This document shows, in pieces, positions 63,761 to 64,000 of a stretch of 64,000 bases of DNA. Source of the DNA: Phoronis australis (Eukaryota; Animalia; Phoronida). The notes below the pieces were generated by a model. The model did not search any database, was not told the origin of the DNA, and saw only the letters and a program-made list of their open reading frames with translations. Numbering within the stretch: the first letter of the stretch is position 1; each line of letters starts with the position of its first letter. The translations under genes and the position numbers were made by a program. The DNA is taken from assembly GCA_002633005.1 (NCBI GenBank), contig NMRA01000671.1, forward strand, positions 62,001-126,000. Reading direction: 5' to 3'.

Positions 63761-64000
63761 GTAAGGCTTAGATGGTGGTAGCAGTGTGCAGGTGGGGAAA
63801 ACACAAACTACTGAGCAATGCGGTATTCCTCTAGTCACGTACCTTATTGTTTTTAAGCTAAATTACAAATTAAAACAAAATGTAAATTTTGGAAGTCCAT
63901 AGAATGTAGTCGTATACCTCTAAGCTACCGTTATACTACATGATCATTTGTACTTCCACATTGAGGTTATGTTGCCATGGCGACATGTGGGCCTATTTGT

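Overview
Eukaryotic, intron-containing, AT-rich and transposon-dense animal DNA, probably a marine invertebrate bilaterian (inference); no prokaryotic operons, CRISPR, rRNA or intact tRNA. Host genes (+ strand): (1) the 3' part of a VWDE-like gene, nine phase-compatible exons from 11996 to 37304, encoding an EGF repeat split by a 13.2 kb intron, a furin RVRR site, four duplicated Cys4 module exons, a Thr/Ser-rich mucin stalk, a transmembrane helix and a tail with NPxY and a terminal PDZ-type motif; (2) a UMOD/GP2/OIT3-type D8C exon at 63548-63760, possibly a tandem paralog. Most other DNA is mobile: an 11 kb array of Helentron/DINE-1-like (HINE) elements with a decayed LINE inside, two P-element-like copies (one with a THAP relic), an Academ-like relic, Harbinger-, Kolobok-, Tc1/mariner- and hAT5-like non-autonomous elements, a Penelope fragment with a hammerhead-like motif, and a HINE carrying seven co-oriented CTCF-like motifs. 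Most notable: about 35 TACATGTA octamers that in-window paralog comparisons show are CATGTA insertions at TA sites (Tc1-type excision footprints), and an apparent self-nesting HINE stack. All coordinates, counts and family assignments were made by eye without tools.
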